From NCBI GenBank assembly GCA_902800905.1, contig CADCGC010000001.1, positions 117,336-181,335 on the forward strand: 64,000 nucleotides of DNA. The letters run 5' to 3'. The position numbers and the translations under genes were made by a program. Position 1 is the stretch's first letter, and every line of letters begins with the position of its first letter. The stretch comes from an uncultured Erysipelotrichaceae bacterium. GTDB taxonomy: Bacteria; Bacillota_I; Bacilli_A; RFN20; CAG-826. The notes beneath the pieces were generated by a model that was not told the origin of the DNA, did not search any database, and worked only from the letters and a program-made list of their open reading frames with translations. Positions 1-10,378 of this stretch are shown here, one piece after another.

Positions 1-2
1 CA

Positions 3-1655
3 AGTTATGAGGATGAATGGGACTCCATTCTTGAATCTCACGACTGTGAAACCGAAGAAGATTTAAAAGAATACTTCATGTATGAGCTCGAAAAAGAGGC
101 AATCAACGAGTGGTACTACAAGAAGAACCAAGACAACGTTGAAGCGGGACAATTATCCTTAATGGATCAATATCTTGGTATCGACAAGGATTGGAAAACT
201 GTTGCAAGACCATTAGATACTCAAAATAACGATACCCATGAATATGAATCAGTATTCCCATATCATATTCTTCACGTTTTAGTGAAATTAGGTGCAGATG
301 CGACAGATTATTCTAGAGCAACCATCACCAGTGCTGAAGCTGAGAAATTATGGAATGTTGTTCGTAAATTAATGGATAGCAGTTATACATTTGAAGAAGT
401 TGCCTTTAAAGAAAGTGAAGACTCCTCCAACACCGCTTATGGTGATGTCGGCATGATGTCCACACAAACAAGCTTCTACAATGAGTTTAAATTAGGTATC
501 TATGCTTATGATGCTTTATTAAGTGGTGTCAATGTCGAAAACAACGACAGCAAAGCAATTTACTCAGCGTTCGGTATTGATAGCGATGACACAGTTGTCA
601 CCAAAGTCAAATTAAACGCTGATGGAACAGCAGAAGAAACTAAAGAAACAGTTAAAACTTTAGCAGTTAAAGAAATGACCACTGATGTCCAAAACGCTGT
701 TACAGGTTATGGCGAAAACGAAGGCTATGCTGCTCTTCCAACCATTCCTTACGATGTCTTTAAACGCATTGGCGAATTAAAAGACGAAGATAAGATTGGA
801 ACATTTGAACCAGAAGCAGGTGCGGTTGCATACCCACGTAATATCTTATTCAACCAATTCTTGAACTTCCGTTCACCATTTGTCATTACAAATCAAGATA
901 TCACAATTGCTGATAATGCTGACAAAGTTACAGTTGCTGCTCACGACTTTGAAGACAACACAGCAGGTAACTTCTACTTACCAGAAAACAACTTTGTTGA
1001 AGATGCAGTTCCAGCATTAGCGGGTAAATCAGTTTTAACTGATGGTAATGGCAATGTCATTATCGGCGTCAGAAGTACCGCTGGTATTCACTTCATGGTT
1101 ATGAGAAAATCAGTTTTCTATAACACCAATAAAGCGGTCGTTAGAGGAACAGGAACAAAGGCTGATGTCACATTACAAGACTATTACACAACCGCCAATC
1201 CAAGCGATGCTAACTATCCAGCAGAAACATATGTCAACATGACAAAATCCGATGATTCTTCCTACTATACAAATAGAATTAATACTATTAAGAATAAACT
1301 CAAAGGACAAGATTCAAGCGATGTCTTTGATGCAGCATATGATTACCGTATCTATCAAATGCTCTACACACGCTTAGAAAATGAAATCAAATTCTTTGAT
1401 GAAACAGATACAACAGCCAGTGTTGTTGAAGCCAATATTGATCAAAAGATTAAGCTTCTTAGAGAAGCTAAATATCTCAGCAATGTTGATTCCATCAATG
1501 ATGCTTGGGCTGAATACTTAGCTCAATTAAGACACCAAAATAAGATTCGTTCTTATAAAGGTATGTTATCAACCGGATGTGTCTTTAAATGGAGCCGTGG
1601 AAACGACAACGATAGAAAAGAATTTGAGAAGGGTGGTGCTTGCTATGTCAAATAA
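3..1655 (+). CDS. PrsA/parvulin-like foldase, 5'-truncated by the window edge
   Basis: Frame is open from position 3. Parvulin-like motifs HILHVLVK, FEEVAFKESEDSS..YGDVG and VRSTAGIHFMV, with a large insertion between them. Confidence 0.5.
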   Translation, partial: SYEDEWDSILESHDCETEEDLKEYFMYELEKEAINEWYYKKNQDNVEAGQLSLMDQYLGIDKDWKTVARPLDTQNNDTHEYESVFPYHILHVLVKLGADATDYSRATITSAEAEKLWNVVRKLMDSSYTFEEVAFKESEDSSNTAYGDVGMMSTQTSFYNEFKLGIYAYDALLSGVNVENNDSKAIYSAFGIDSDDTVVTKVKLNADGTAEETKETVKTLAVKEMTTDVQNAVTGYGENEGYAALPTIPYDVFKRIGELKDEDKIGTFEPEAGAVAYPRNILFNQFLNFRSPFVITNQDITIADNADKVTVAAHDFEDNTAGNFYLPENNFVEDAVPALAGKSVLTDGNGNVIIGVRSTAGIHFMVMRKSVFYNTNKAVVRGTGTKADVTLQDYYTTANPSDANYPAETYVNMTKSDDSSYYTNRINTIKNKLKGQDSSDVFDAAYDYRIYQMLYTRLENEIKFFDETDTTASVVEANIDQKIKLLREAKYLSNVDSINDAWAEYLAQLRHQNKIRSYKGMLSTGCVFKWSRGNDNDRKEFEKGGACYVK

Positions 1656-3588
1656 GAAATTTCCTAAATTAGCGGTTTTATCACTCCTTGGAATTCTTGC
1701 CTTAACAGGCTGTAGTTCATCCGATGATGAAATCTACGCAAAACCAAGTACATATGATGATTCAATCATCACAATTACTGAAGATGGCAAAGAACACGGC
1801 AAAGATGATATTCATAACGATGTTCTCAACATCATCTATGATTCCATGCATGACGGTTCCACACCATCCAAGGTCTTAAGCAAAGTCTTATTCAAATACG
1901 CTGAAAGTGTCTTTGGTTCATATAACCGCGTCACCGCTAAGGATGATACAGTTATCACCATCGAAGATGCTTGTAATGATGACGCCAAAATGGTCGAATT
2001 CATCAAGAACCACAAAGTTTACTGGTTATATGATGAAGAAGGTAAACACGTCAAAGAAAACGGTGAAGAAGTCGATGAAGCAAACTTTGTCCCATGCGAT
2101 ACAGAAAAAGAAAACGTTAGATCTTCCTTAGCGGAAATCGAATTACACATTGCTGAATCTATGTACGCAAAAGCTACAGGCGGTAGCTACACAAAGAAAC
2201 ACTTCTTCAGTGAATTTGACTTTATTGAAGCTTTATATAAAGAAGGTAAAAAGGTCAACTACGCTGCTGCTAAAGCTGCAAACTTAAAATCAGTTCTTAT
2301 CGATTATCAATTCGAAAAGAAAGATGTCTTTGATGCCACAAAAGGTATTCTCCATAGAGCATACTATCAAGATGGCGCTAACTTCACATACATCGAAGAT
2401 GAAGTCATCAACGACGTCTACAACGATTTGTTAGTGGAACAATACTTATTAGATGAAGACATCGCTGCTGTTAGAAACAGTAGAGCAAGAAGAATCAACG
2501 TTATCAAGATTGAAAAATATTCTTCATTCACAAATAACGCTGACGCATTAATTAAAGATTTAGTTAACGCTATCTACTCTTACAAACCAGTAGACAACGC
2601 TCACCTTAATTACAGAACAAGTGAAATCGAAGCCTACTACAAAGACTTATTCGATACATACGCTATCGTTAATAAAGGTTTATATAACGAAATCAGCACA
2701 AACGCTGTAGCAAGTGCAATCGTTGCTAGACTTCAAGCCAAAGCATCAGATATCTATGAAGTTAAAACATATGATAGAGGAACAGCGGCAACTGATGATG
2801 ATATCGTCTATTACAACAACACAAAATATGGCGATTTAATCAAAGACTTCGAAAAATTCGAAAAAGCTGCAACATTTGAAGAACTCGATATGTCCTTATA
2901 TAACAAGTTCACATCAAGTGGAACAGTCACTCCAGAGGAAGGTTTAGATCAAGCCACAATCGACATCGACCAAACCAAGACAATCTATAAAGATTGGTAC
3001 ATTCAATCTTCACAACCAAGCTTAGACAGCAATGGTAAGATCAACGAAAGATTATTTACAATCTCCGTTGCTAATAGCAAGATTGAACTTCCAGAAGATG
3101 GTGAAGGCGATGAAGAAGCAAAAGCCGCTAACTTGAAAAAGTTAGAAGAAAATCTCGACAGATTTGAAAAGATTCCAGGTAATGGAAACGATTGGACATG
3201 GGAATTAAGAGACGCTCCAAGCGCTGAAGAAAATAAATTCCTCTGCTCCATCAACGGTGCTTACTTCTTAAAATTCGAAGGTCAATATTCTCAAGACAAC
3301 TACCTCAACGACATCGTTTACGATGATGGCAGTGCCTATTACATCGTCAACGTCTTAGAAGCTGTCAAAGATAACAAGCTTAAAGCAAGCGGTAACAATA
3401 GTTACGGCAAACTCAGAGGTGTTCAATTCCTCAACAGTGTTATCGATGAAATTTCTAAGAAAGTCGCTGAAACTGGTAGCTATGCTTCCTTAAGCAAGGA
3501 ATACTGGCTCAAGAAGATGGACATCAAATATCACGATCAAAAAGTCTACGATTACTTCAAAGACAATTATCCAGATTTATTTGATTAA
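1645..3588 (+). CDS. Lipoprotein, possibly a diverged PrsA-like protein
   Basis: ATG at 1645 gives MSNKKFPKLAVLSLLGILALTGC (lipobox LTGC). C-terminus WLKKMDIKYHD resembles the PrsA C-terminus. Confidence 0.6.
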   Translation: MSNKKFPKLAVLSLLGILALTGCSSSDDEIYAKPSTYDDSIITITEDGKEHGKDDIHNDVLNIIYDSMHDGSTPSKVLSKVLFKYAESVFGSYNRVTAKDDTVITIEDACNDDAKMVEFIKNHKVYWLYDEEGKHVKENGEEVDEANFVPCDTEKENVRSSLAEIELHIAESMYAKATGGSYTKKHFFSEFDFIEALYKEGKKVNYAAAKAANLKSVLIDYQFEKKDVFDATKGILHRAYYQDGANFTYIEDEVINDVYNDLLVEQYLLDEDIAAVRNSRARRINVIKIEKYSSFTNNADALIKDLVNAIYSYKPVDNAHLNYRTSEIEAYYKDLFDTYAIVNKGLYNEISTNAVASAIVARLQAKASDIYEVKTYDRGTAATDDDIVYYNNTKYGDLIKDFEKFEKAATFEELDMSLYNKFTSSGTVTPEEGLDQATIDIDQTKTIYKDWYIQSSQPSLDSNGKINERLFTISVANSKIELPEDGEGDEEAKAANLKKLEENLDRFEKIPGNGNDWTWELRDAPSAEENKFLCSINGAYFLKFEGQYSQDNYLNDIVYDDGSAYYIVNVLEAVKDNKLKASGNNSYGKLRGVQFLNSVIDEISKKVAETGSYASLSKEYWLKKMDIKYHDQKVYDYFKDNYPDLFD

Positions 3589-3600
3589 TCTTAAGCAAAT

Positions 3601-3632
3601 AACCAGGTAGAGAAATCTATCTGGTTTTTCTT
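3601..3632 (+). terminator. Intrinsic terminator
   Basis: aaccaggtaga-gaaa-tctatctggtt followed by a T-rich tract. Confidence 0.75.
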
Positions 3633-3697
3633 TGCCTTTATTGAATATTCAATAAGATATTTCTATAATTATATTAATTAAGGAGATATATCAAATT

Positions 3698-4111
3698 ATG
3701 GAAAAAGATATTTTCTGCAGAATTATTGATGGGGAAATCCCATGTCATAAATTATATGAAGATGATGATGTTTTAGCGTTCCTAGACATCTCTCAAGTCA
3801 CCAAAGGACACGCTTTAGTGGTTTCTAAAAAACATTACGATAACTTCTTAAGCATTCCTCAAGAAGAGATGCATAAAGTCATGGACGTCGCTCAAAAGAT
3901 TGGACAAGTTGATATCAAATTCTTAGGCGCTAGAGGAGTCAATATTCTCACTAACTGTTATGAAGCAGCTGGTCAAACCGTCATGCATTTCCATGTCCAT
4001 GTCATCCCTAGATACGAAGGAAAAGAAGGCTTCATCTTAGAGATGAAAGGTAACGAAGAAAAACTCAATCTTCCTGCAATTGCAGAAAAAGTTAAAATCA
4101 ATCTTAAATAA
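3698..4111 (+). CDS. hit: HIT family hydrolase (HinT)
   Basis: DIFCRII start, AFLDISQVTKGHALVV, histidine triad HFHVHVIPR. Confidence 0.95.
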   Translation: MEKDIFCRIIDGEIPCHKLYEDDDVLAFLDISQVTKGHALVVSKKHYDNFLSIPQEEMHKVMDVAQKIGQVDIKFLGARGVNILTNCYEAAGQTVMHFHVHVIPRYEGKEGFILEMKGNEEKLNLPAIAEKVKINLK

Positions 4112-5232
4112 TGGGTGTACTAAATAAAATATTTAAAAAAGAAAATATAGATAAAGTTGAACAAACCACCATCAAAGCCGATGAAGTTGTTTCTTTTGTC
4201 GAGAAAAAAATCGCTCCTGAATTAAAAGAATTAGAAGAAATTACTGATAGTAACATCATTAAGGGAATTAATGAATTCATTCCAAAAGCTTCAAGTTTTG
4301 TTAAAAAGGCAAGTGTCGCTACTAAAAACGGTACTCAAATAATAGAGATGATTATCTCCTCATCAAAAATCAATGACACTCTTACAAAAAACGGAGGAGA
4401 AATAATTCCTATAACCGCTAACGAATTAGCCTCAGGAGGACTTTCTAAAGCAACATTAGGTTCCTCTATTGGAATCGCAGGAGTGTCAGTGCTTGTTTTA
4501 GTAATCAACATATATCAAACAAGACAAGTTTCAAAAAAGATGAATTCAGTTTCTCTTCAACTTGAAGAAGTAAAAGAATTCCAATCTATCGAATATCATA
4601 ATCGAATCAAATCTCTAATTATTGATGTTCTTAATATATTAGAAAACAAAGATGTTCTTTTTAAAAAGAAAGATATCAGAAAAAGAGAATTAGATAATCT
4701 TGATGCTTATGAGCATGAATGTGAAAGGTTATTAGGCCAAGCAAATGACATGATTGTTTCCTTAACGAAAAAGAATCATAAGACGTTTGAGAAGTATCAA
4801 ACTAGTTATAATTCGATTAAAGAATGGCTCATTTATCAACAAATCCTATCAATAACATTAACTCAAATTGCGGAATTAAAGTACGCACTTAATTTAGGTG
4901 CAGTCAGTAAAGAATACTGCACAAGCAAATTAAACAAGTATCTTAATGAATCTAAAGAAAGTATCGATTCACTAAGAGAGTGGCATGAACATAACATCAA
5001 AGCGTTTGAAATCGATTTTGAAAATAAAAAATATCTTAAGACTACTCCAATATTTAGTTTTCTAAAGAAACTTCCAAATATTGATGATACAAAGATAATC
5101 TATGCTCCACTAAAAGATGAAGATGCTATAACAATCAAAAATCAATTAGAGTACAAAACTAACCCAATTGATAATAACGAAGAAGATATCTCCATCATCA
5201 TTAAAGACGGTAAGTATTATTTTAAAAAATAA
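4111..5232 (+). CDS. Hypothetical protein with one hydrophobic segment and a helical C-terminus
   Basis: 373-aa ORF coupled to hit by a TAATG overlap. Hydrophobic stretch IGIAGVSVLVLVINI. Confidence 0.6.
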   Translation: MGVLNKIFKKENIDKVEQTTIKADEVVSFVEKKIAPELKELEEITDSNIIKGINEFIPKASSFVKKASVATKNGTQIIEMIISSSKINDTLTKNGGEIIPITANELASGGLSKATLGSSIGIAGVSVLVLVINIYQTRQVSKKMNSVSLQLEEVKEFQSIEYHNRIKSLIIDVLNILENKDVLFKKKDIRKRELDNLDAYEHECERLLGQANDMIVSLTKKNHKTFEKYQTSYNSIKEWLIYQQILSITLTQIAELKYALNLGAVSKEYCTSKLNKYLNESKESIDSLREWHEHNIKAFEIDFENKKYLKTTPIFSFLKKLPNIDDTKIIYAPLKDEDAITIKNQLEYKTNPIDNNEEDISIIIKDGKYYFKK

Positions 5233-5260
5233 CGGATCTCATTTGAGACCCGTTTTCTTT
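5231..5260. terminator. Probable bidirectional terminator
   Basis: aacggatctc-attt-gagacccgtt hairpin between convergent genes. Confidence 0.6.
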
Positions 5261-6191
5261 ACTTTTTAGCTTTATAGAACATTCTATTATCAAGCGAGAA
5301 TATCTTTTGAGTGAATTCTCCTGGAGCGACATCTTCGTATGCTTTCTCAAGTAACACCATTCTGCTATCAAGGTTATCAATCATTGAGATTAATAAAGCT
5401 TCTTTAGTTAGAGGAAGAACTGGAGAACCAAATTCATGTTGTCCGTGATGTGATAAGACAATATGTTCTAATAGAAGAGGAACTTCACTTGTGATATTAA
5501 GTTCTTTAGCCGCTATTCTAAGTTCACCACACATAATTGAAATGTGTCCTAAGAGTTTTCCTTCTGTGGAGTAATGATAAATCGCAGGCCCTTCTAACTC
5601 AATCATCTTACCAAAGTCATGGATTAAAGCGCCTGTAACCGCTAAATCGCGATTGATATCATTGTATACTTTACTAAAATAATCTACATGTTCTGCTAGA
5701 TACACACTATGCATAAGCAATCCACTTGCAAATTCGTGATGGACACTGACCGCTGCGGGAGATAGATATATTTGATCACCAAACTTCTTAATGAAATAAT
5801 CTAAGATTTTCTTGCAGTCGACATCTTGAATAGAATCAACAAGTTTATTGAAACGTTCAATGAGGATATCTTTATCGATTGGAGAAGCTTTGATGAATCT
5901 CGTAACATCGACTTCATCAGAAGATAAACGGTTCGCTCTTAAGATTTTTCCTTGGAGGCTGTCATTATATTTAATGACTTCCACCATTGTCTCAATGACA
6001 TTACCAGAAACAAAGATATCTTTATCTTCGTCTTCTACTTCCCATTTCTTGCTACTTAAAACCCCGCTAGAATCCCTTAATTCGACATTGAGGTATAAAG
6101 AGCCACTTTTATTCGTTCCTTGCGTTACAGAGCCAACTAGAGCCTGAATAATGTAACGATCACCTTCACATAGTTCTTTGATTAATTTCAT
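5259..6191 (-). CDS. yhaM: 3'-5' exoribonuclease YhaM (OB fold + HD domain)
   Basis: YLNVELRDSSG OB fold, PAAVSVHHEFASGLLMHS, LIHDFGK, LLGHI, SHHG. Confidence 0.9.
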   Translation of the reverse strand: MKLIKELCEGDRYIIQALVGSVTQGTNKSGSLYLNVELRDSSGVLSSKKWEVEDEDKDIFVSGNVIETMVEVIKYNDSLQGKILRANRLSSDEVDVTRFIKASPIDKDILIERFNKLVDSIQDVDCKKILDYFIKKFGDQIYLSPAAVSVHHEFASGLLMHSVYLAEHVDYFSKVYNDINRDLAVTGALIHDFGKMIELEGPAIYHYSTEGKLLGHISIMCGELRIAAKELNITSEVPLLLEHIVLSHHGQHEFGSPVLPLTKEALLISMIDNLDSRMVLLEKAYEDVAPGEFTQKIFSLDNRMFYKAKK

Positions 6192-6961
6192 AAGTTGTCC
6201 TTTTCTATTATTTTAATAATATCATTCATTCTGTATCCTTTTTGTAACAAAGATTGAATGACTTTTTGTTTTAATTCTTTTTTTGCATATTTTTTGCTTA
6301 ATCTCATCTTAGTTTTAAGATAAGCGTCTTTGAGTTTCTTTAACTCTTCTTTTTCGTCTTTCTCTTCTAACATCGAGTCAACGACGAACTTAGCGATATC
6401 GCTATCAAAGCCGCTCGAGATATAAGCGTTATAGATATGTTGTTTCTTTTGAGCAAAGTTATATTTGGAATATTTCTTTTCAAGTCTTTTAAAAATAGCC
6501 TTCGCTTTCTTCTTTTCAGTTGAGACAGGGAATGAGATTTTATTTAGTCTCTCTTCAAAGATTCCTTTAGAAGATAATTTAGAAATAATCTTATTCTTTC
6601 CATAATTCAAAGAATTATAGTATTCGATATGTTCTAAGATAAAAGCGTTATCATCAATCAAATCATATTCCTTCATCCTTTTGATGATTGTGTCCACAGC
6701 CTTCTTATCTCCACCTTTGTTATAGAGTTTTTCTCTCATTTTGTATTCGGAGTAGATAGCTTTAGAACGTAACGCTAAAGCGTATTTCATTAAAGAAGCA
6801 ATTTGATTGTATTCTTTGATACTTTGATATTCCTTTTTAGTTAACTCTTTTCCTTCGTATAGATAAAAGTTTGGATAGACATCTTTGTCTAATTCCAACT
6901 TTTCATCATCAATATAAATATTGACTTTATTCTTGAGGATTTTGATTTTCGTGATTTTCAT
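6188..6961 (-). CDS. recX: RecX regulatory protein
   Basis: SEYKMREKL, LIDDNAF, YGKNKIISKL..KGI and LLQKGY RecX repeats. Confidence 0.85.
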   Translation of the reverse strand: MKITKIKILKNKVNIYIDDEKLELDKDVYPNFYLYEGKELTKKEYQSIKEYNQIASLMKYALALRSKAIYSEYKMREKLYNKGGDKKAVDTIIKRMKEYDLIDDNAFILEHIEYYNSLNYGKNKIISKLSSKGIFEERLNKISFPVSTEKKKAKAIFKRLEKKYSKYNFAQKKQHIYNAYISSGFDSDIAKFVVDSMLEEKDEKEELKKLKDAYLKTKMRLSKKYAKKELKQKVIQSLLQKGYRMNDIIKIIEKDNL

Positions 6962-8057
6962 GTTGTTTTCTTGGTCGATAAATAAGGGCTACTAAGCAAG
7001 CAATAATAAGTGGGAAGATGAACATCAAACTTCTCCAAAGTAGAAGCGCCGCTCTAGCAATTTGCTCAGTGTCATAAAATTGTGGTCCAGTTGTTGGATA
7101 GAATAAACGTAAGAAGAATAATTCAGAAACAACTGAACTACCTGGAATAGGGATAATACAAGTCACCATTTGATGGAAATTGGATAATAAAACTGAATCC
7201 CAGAAGTTCGCATTAGCGGATGTATTTCCTAAAGAAAGTCCACAGAAATATGGAACTGAATATGAGATAGTAATATATGCAAAAAAGGCGACAAAACATA
7301 TCAAGAAAGTCGGTATATGCTTAAAGATAGTCTTTAAATTGCCTCTAAAATTAATTACCGCTGCGTCTAATTTCAATTGGCTTTGTTCTAAGCCTTTTAA
7401 GATTCTGATTTTCACTAACAACTTAATAATTGGGCCCCTAATAAAACGGAAGAAACCATTCCAATAAGAGATAAGAAGAATAAATCCAATTGATAAGGTG
7501 TTAAACGCAAAACCAATCGCCACTAGTAACCATAATGGTACTTGAGCAGCGTTATCGTTATTAAACGAAATAGAAATATAGCCAATCTCATTAATGAGAT
7601 CATGTTTCACAATAATAGTGATAACACCGTAAGCGATTAAGACAATTTGATAAATGATGGAATACATCGCTAAAACGCTTAAAGCGTTAGAGATACTAAC
7701 TCTTTGTTTGTTATAGGTATATGTCTCCATGATGTGACTACCGATACCCGCTGGAGTGACCATACGATATAATGAGCCAATCTGGTCAATCATAATAGCG
7801 CGATGGAAATAATAATCTTTTTCAAATAAACGAGTTAATGTGAAGATAGAAATCGATCTTAAAACAATGCAAACGATAACGATAGCTAATATGGCAAATA
7901 TAAACCATATATTAGCGGTACTCAAAACATCAAAAATATCATTAATCTTATTCCCAATAGTGAGATAGAACGCTAAAGCGGTCAAACCTAAAACGATAAT
8001 GAGATAGATAACATATCTAATAACTTGTTTAATAATTTCGTTATTCTTTATAGACAT
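6927..8057 (-). CDS. Lysylphosphatidylglycerol synthase TM (flippase-like) family membrane protein
   Basis: Multiple TM segments, VTPAGIGS, IPIPGSSVVSELFF, ALLLWR. Confidence 0.75.
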   Translation of the reverse strand: MSIKNNEIIKQVIRYVIYLIIVLGLTALAFYLTIGNKINDIFDVLSTANIWFIFAILAIVIVCIVLRSISIFTLTRLFEKDYYFHRAIMIDQIGSLYRMVTPAGIGSHIMETYTYNKQRVSISNALSVLAMYSIIYQIVLIAYGVITIIVKHDLINEIGYISISFNNDNAAQVPLWLLVAIGFAFNTLSIGFILLISYWNGFFRFIRGPIIKLLVKIRILKGLEQSQLKLDAAVINFRGNLKTIFKHIPTFLICFVAFFAYITISYSVPYFCGLSLGNTSANANFWDSVLLSNFHQMVTCIIPIPGSSVVSELFFLRLFYPTTGPQFYDTEQIARAALLLWRSLMFIFPLIIACLVALIYRPRKQHENHENQNPQE

Positions 8058-8163
8058 CGCAAGACATTATAACATAGTCAAAGATTTTTTTATGAGATTT
8101 TCCATAAAAAAAATCAAAAATGGGTTTCTTGCTTAAATATGTAAAACATTATTTAATTATTAT

Positions 8164-9168
8164 ATGGGTAAAGATGACTTTGAGTTCATTAAACTAAGCG
8201 ACGCTAATCTTGATGAAGTAATAAAATACAATGGACGCTTCTTTTATCGAGCAGAAGGAAACATTTACTGTGAAGATTACATTCTAAGAATAACTTTGAT
8301 GTACGACAAAAACATTGATGAATGGCTCGAATGTACTAAAGAGATCCCTTGGGAAATTAAAGAAGAATATGATTTCAAAAAGGCTGTAAGAGATTTTGAA
8401 GATAATCCACCATGGCCGCATTTTGATGAAGTTCTTGCTCATAGAGCAAAAGAAAATGAAAAAGTCATGAAAGAAGAAATCAAAAAAACTCCAAAAAGAG
8501 TTATTGGGTGGGTCGATGACTCCGCTATATTCAACTTGCACGCTGATGAATCAGATGAAGGTTTTTACGCTGTTGTAAACGATATCATCAGGCATGGATA
8601 TGAATGTACAGGCATGGAATTTGATAACCAATGGATTTATGCCCTATTAAATACCCATGAATATGTTACGTTATCAGTTAGAGGATGGGGAGCCGCTATG
8701 GCGGCAGCTCATGGAGAATATGGCCAAATGGATTACGCCCACTATGCTTTTGGTTTCTCTGATGAAGTATTCGACAGCGAACCAACATTCCCAGAAGTTG
8801 GAATGTATGAAGAAGTTTCAATAAAAAATTCGGTACATGTAAGTGATTCATTAATTGAATCAATGGATGAAATAGACTATAAGTCACTAGAAAGCAAAGG
8901 AATTGAAAGCGTCTATGTTTTAGTGACAGATCCCTATGTTGATAAAGTCTATTACGATAGATTTGGTTCAGTTAAGCTCATATCAAACAAGCACAAAGAA
9001 ATATCTTGTATGGTCGATGATATAGAGTATTTTGATAACACTGAACAATTTGATAAATATATGTCAGACTTTGATGAAAGTAACATAATAATAATTCGTG
9101 AAGAAAACACGATTAAAGAAATGCTTAAGAATGGTCCAATATACTTAATAAGAGTAATGGTCTATTAA
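8164..9168 (+). CDS. Hypothetical acidic protein
   Basis: 334-aa ORF with no family recognised. Confidence 0.6.
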   Translation: MGKDDFEFIKLSDANLDEVIKYNGRFFYRAEGNIYCEDYILRITLMYDKNIDEWLECTKEIPWEIKEEYDFKKAVRDFEDNPPWPHFDEVLAHRAKENEKVMKEEIKKTPKRVIGWVDDSAIFNLHADESDEGFYAVVNDIIRHGYECTGMEFDNQWIYALLNTHEYVTLSVRGWGAAMAAAHGEYGQMDYAHYAFGFSDEVFDSEPTFPEVGMYEEVSIKNSVHVSDSLIESMDEIDYKSLESKGIESVYVLVTDPYVDKVYYDRFGSVKLISNKHKEISCMVDDIEYFDNTEQFDKYMSDFDESNIIIIREENTIKEMLKNGPIYLIRVMVY

Positions 9169-9209
9169 AAAAGAAGGCAAATTTCATATAAGAAACGCCT
9201 TCTTTTTTT
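9168..9209. terminator. Bidirectional terminator
   Basis: aaaaagaaggc...gccttcttttt between convergent genes. Confidence 0.75.
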
Positions 9210-9217
9210 ATTTTGAG

Positions 9218-10378
9218 TTATTTCATTACTCTAACTCGAATTACTCCAGGAAGATTCATAACTTCTTGTTTTGCACAGCCCTTATGTTCTTCCTTATGAG
9301 AGAATTCAATTAATGTAGCGGAGTATTCGCCTTTAGTTGCGGTAACACTCTTAGAGACATTAACAACATTCATCACTCTCTTAATAACTTCATTACCATC
9401 GAGTTCTTTTTTATGGAGAACAAGAATTCTCTTGTCAACTCTCTTACCTAAATCAATGTTTGGATAGTTAACAGAATTGACAATATTACCATTATTAACA
9501 AAGTTAAGGATTTCTGAGGCCGCCATCGCAGCGCAGTTATCTTCAGCTTCTTCAGTAGAGGCACCTAAATGACTAATCGCCACTACTCCATCCATATTTG
9601 CAGTCTTGTAGTTAGGGAAGTCAGTAACATATCTTCTGACTTTTCCACTTTCAAGAGCTTCTTTCATATCATCATCATTAACAAGGGCGTCTCTAGCTGC
9701 ATTAATAACGATAACGCCAGTCTTTGCTTTGGCTAAGAAGTCTTTATTAACCATACCTTTTGTTGCATCTAATAATGGGACGTGAATTGTAATATAGTCG
9801 GCTTCTTGTAGCATTTCATCCATTGAAACGACTTTTGTATCTTTAAGAAGTTCCTTATTTCTTTCAATTGTGGCTTGAGATGGTTCGACGCCTAACACTC
9901 TCATACCAAGTTTACTGGCAGAGTCCGCTACTAAGGCACCAATCGCTCCTAAACCAATAACACCTAAGGTTTTTCCTAAGATCTCAGTTCCAGCGTAAGC
10001 ACCTTTAGCCTTTTCCATGGATTTATTGATGAGTTCATCTTCTTTATTAGCTCTAACCCATTCCATGGAGCCTCTAATGTCTCTAGCGGCGAGTAACATC
10101 ATGGCGATTGTTAATTCCTTAACCGCATTCGCATTTGCGCCAGGTGTATTAAAAACCACAACACCAGTAGAAGCATATTTGTCGAGTGGAATGTTATTAA
10201 CACCAGCACCCGCTCTAGCGACACATAAAACATTTTCCGCTAAATCCATTTCGTGCATTGCAGCACTTCTGACCATTATCGCATCAGCGTTATCAATTGA
10301 TTCGGTTGAAATCTCAACATCACTTGGAAATACTTTTAATCCAACCGGAGAGATTTTGTTTAAACAATATACTTTCAT
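9218..10378 (-). CDS. serA: D-3-phosphoglycerate dehydrogenase
   Basis: RAGAGVNNI, NTPGANANAVKEL, GVIGLGAIG, HLGASTEEAE. Confidence 0.93.
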   Translation of the reverse strand: MKVYCLNKISPVGLKVFPSDVEISTESIDNADAIMVRSAAMHEMDLAENVLCVARAGAGVNNIPLDKYASTGVVVFNTPGANANAVKELTIAMMLLAARDIRGSMEWVRANKEDELINKSMEKAKGAYAGTEILGKTLGVIGLGAIGALVADSASKLGMRVLGVEPSQATIERNKELLKDTKVVSMDEMLQEADYITIHVPLLDATKGMVNKDFLAKAKTGVIVINAARDALVNDDDMKEALESGKVRRYVTDFPNYKTANMDGVVAISHLGASTEEAEDNCAAMAASEILNFVNNGNIVNSVNYPNIDLGKRVDKRILVLHKKELDGNEVIKRVMNVVNVSKSVTATKGEYSATLIEFSHKEEHKGCAKQEVMNLPGVIRVRVMK

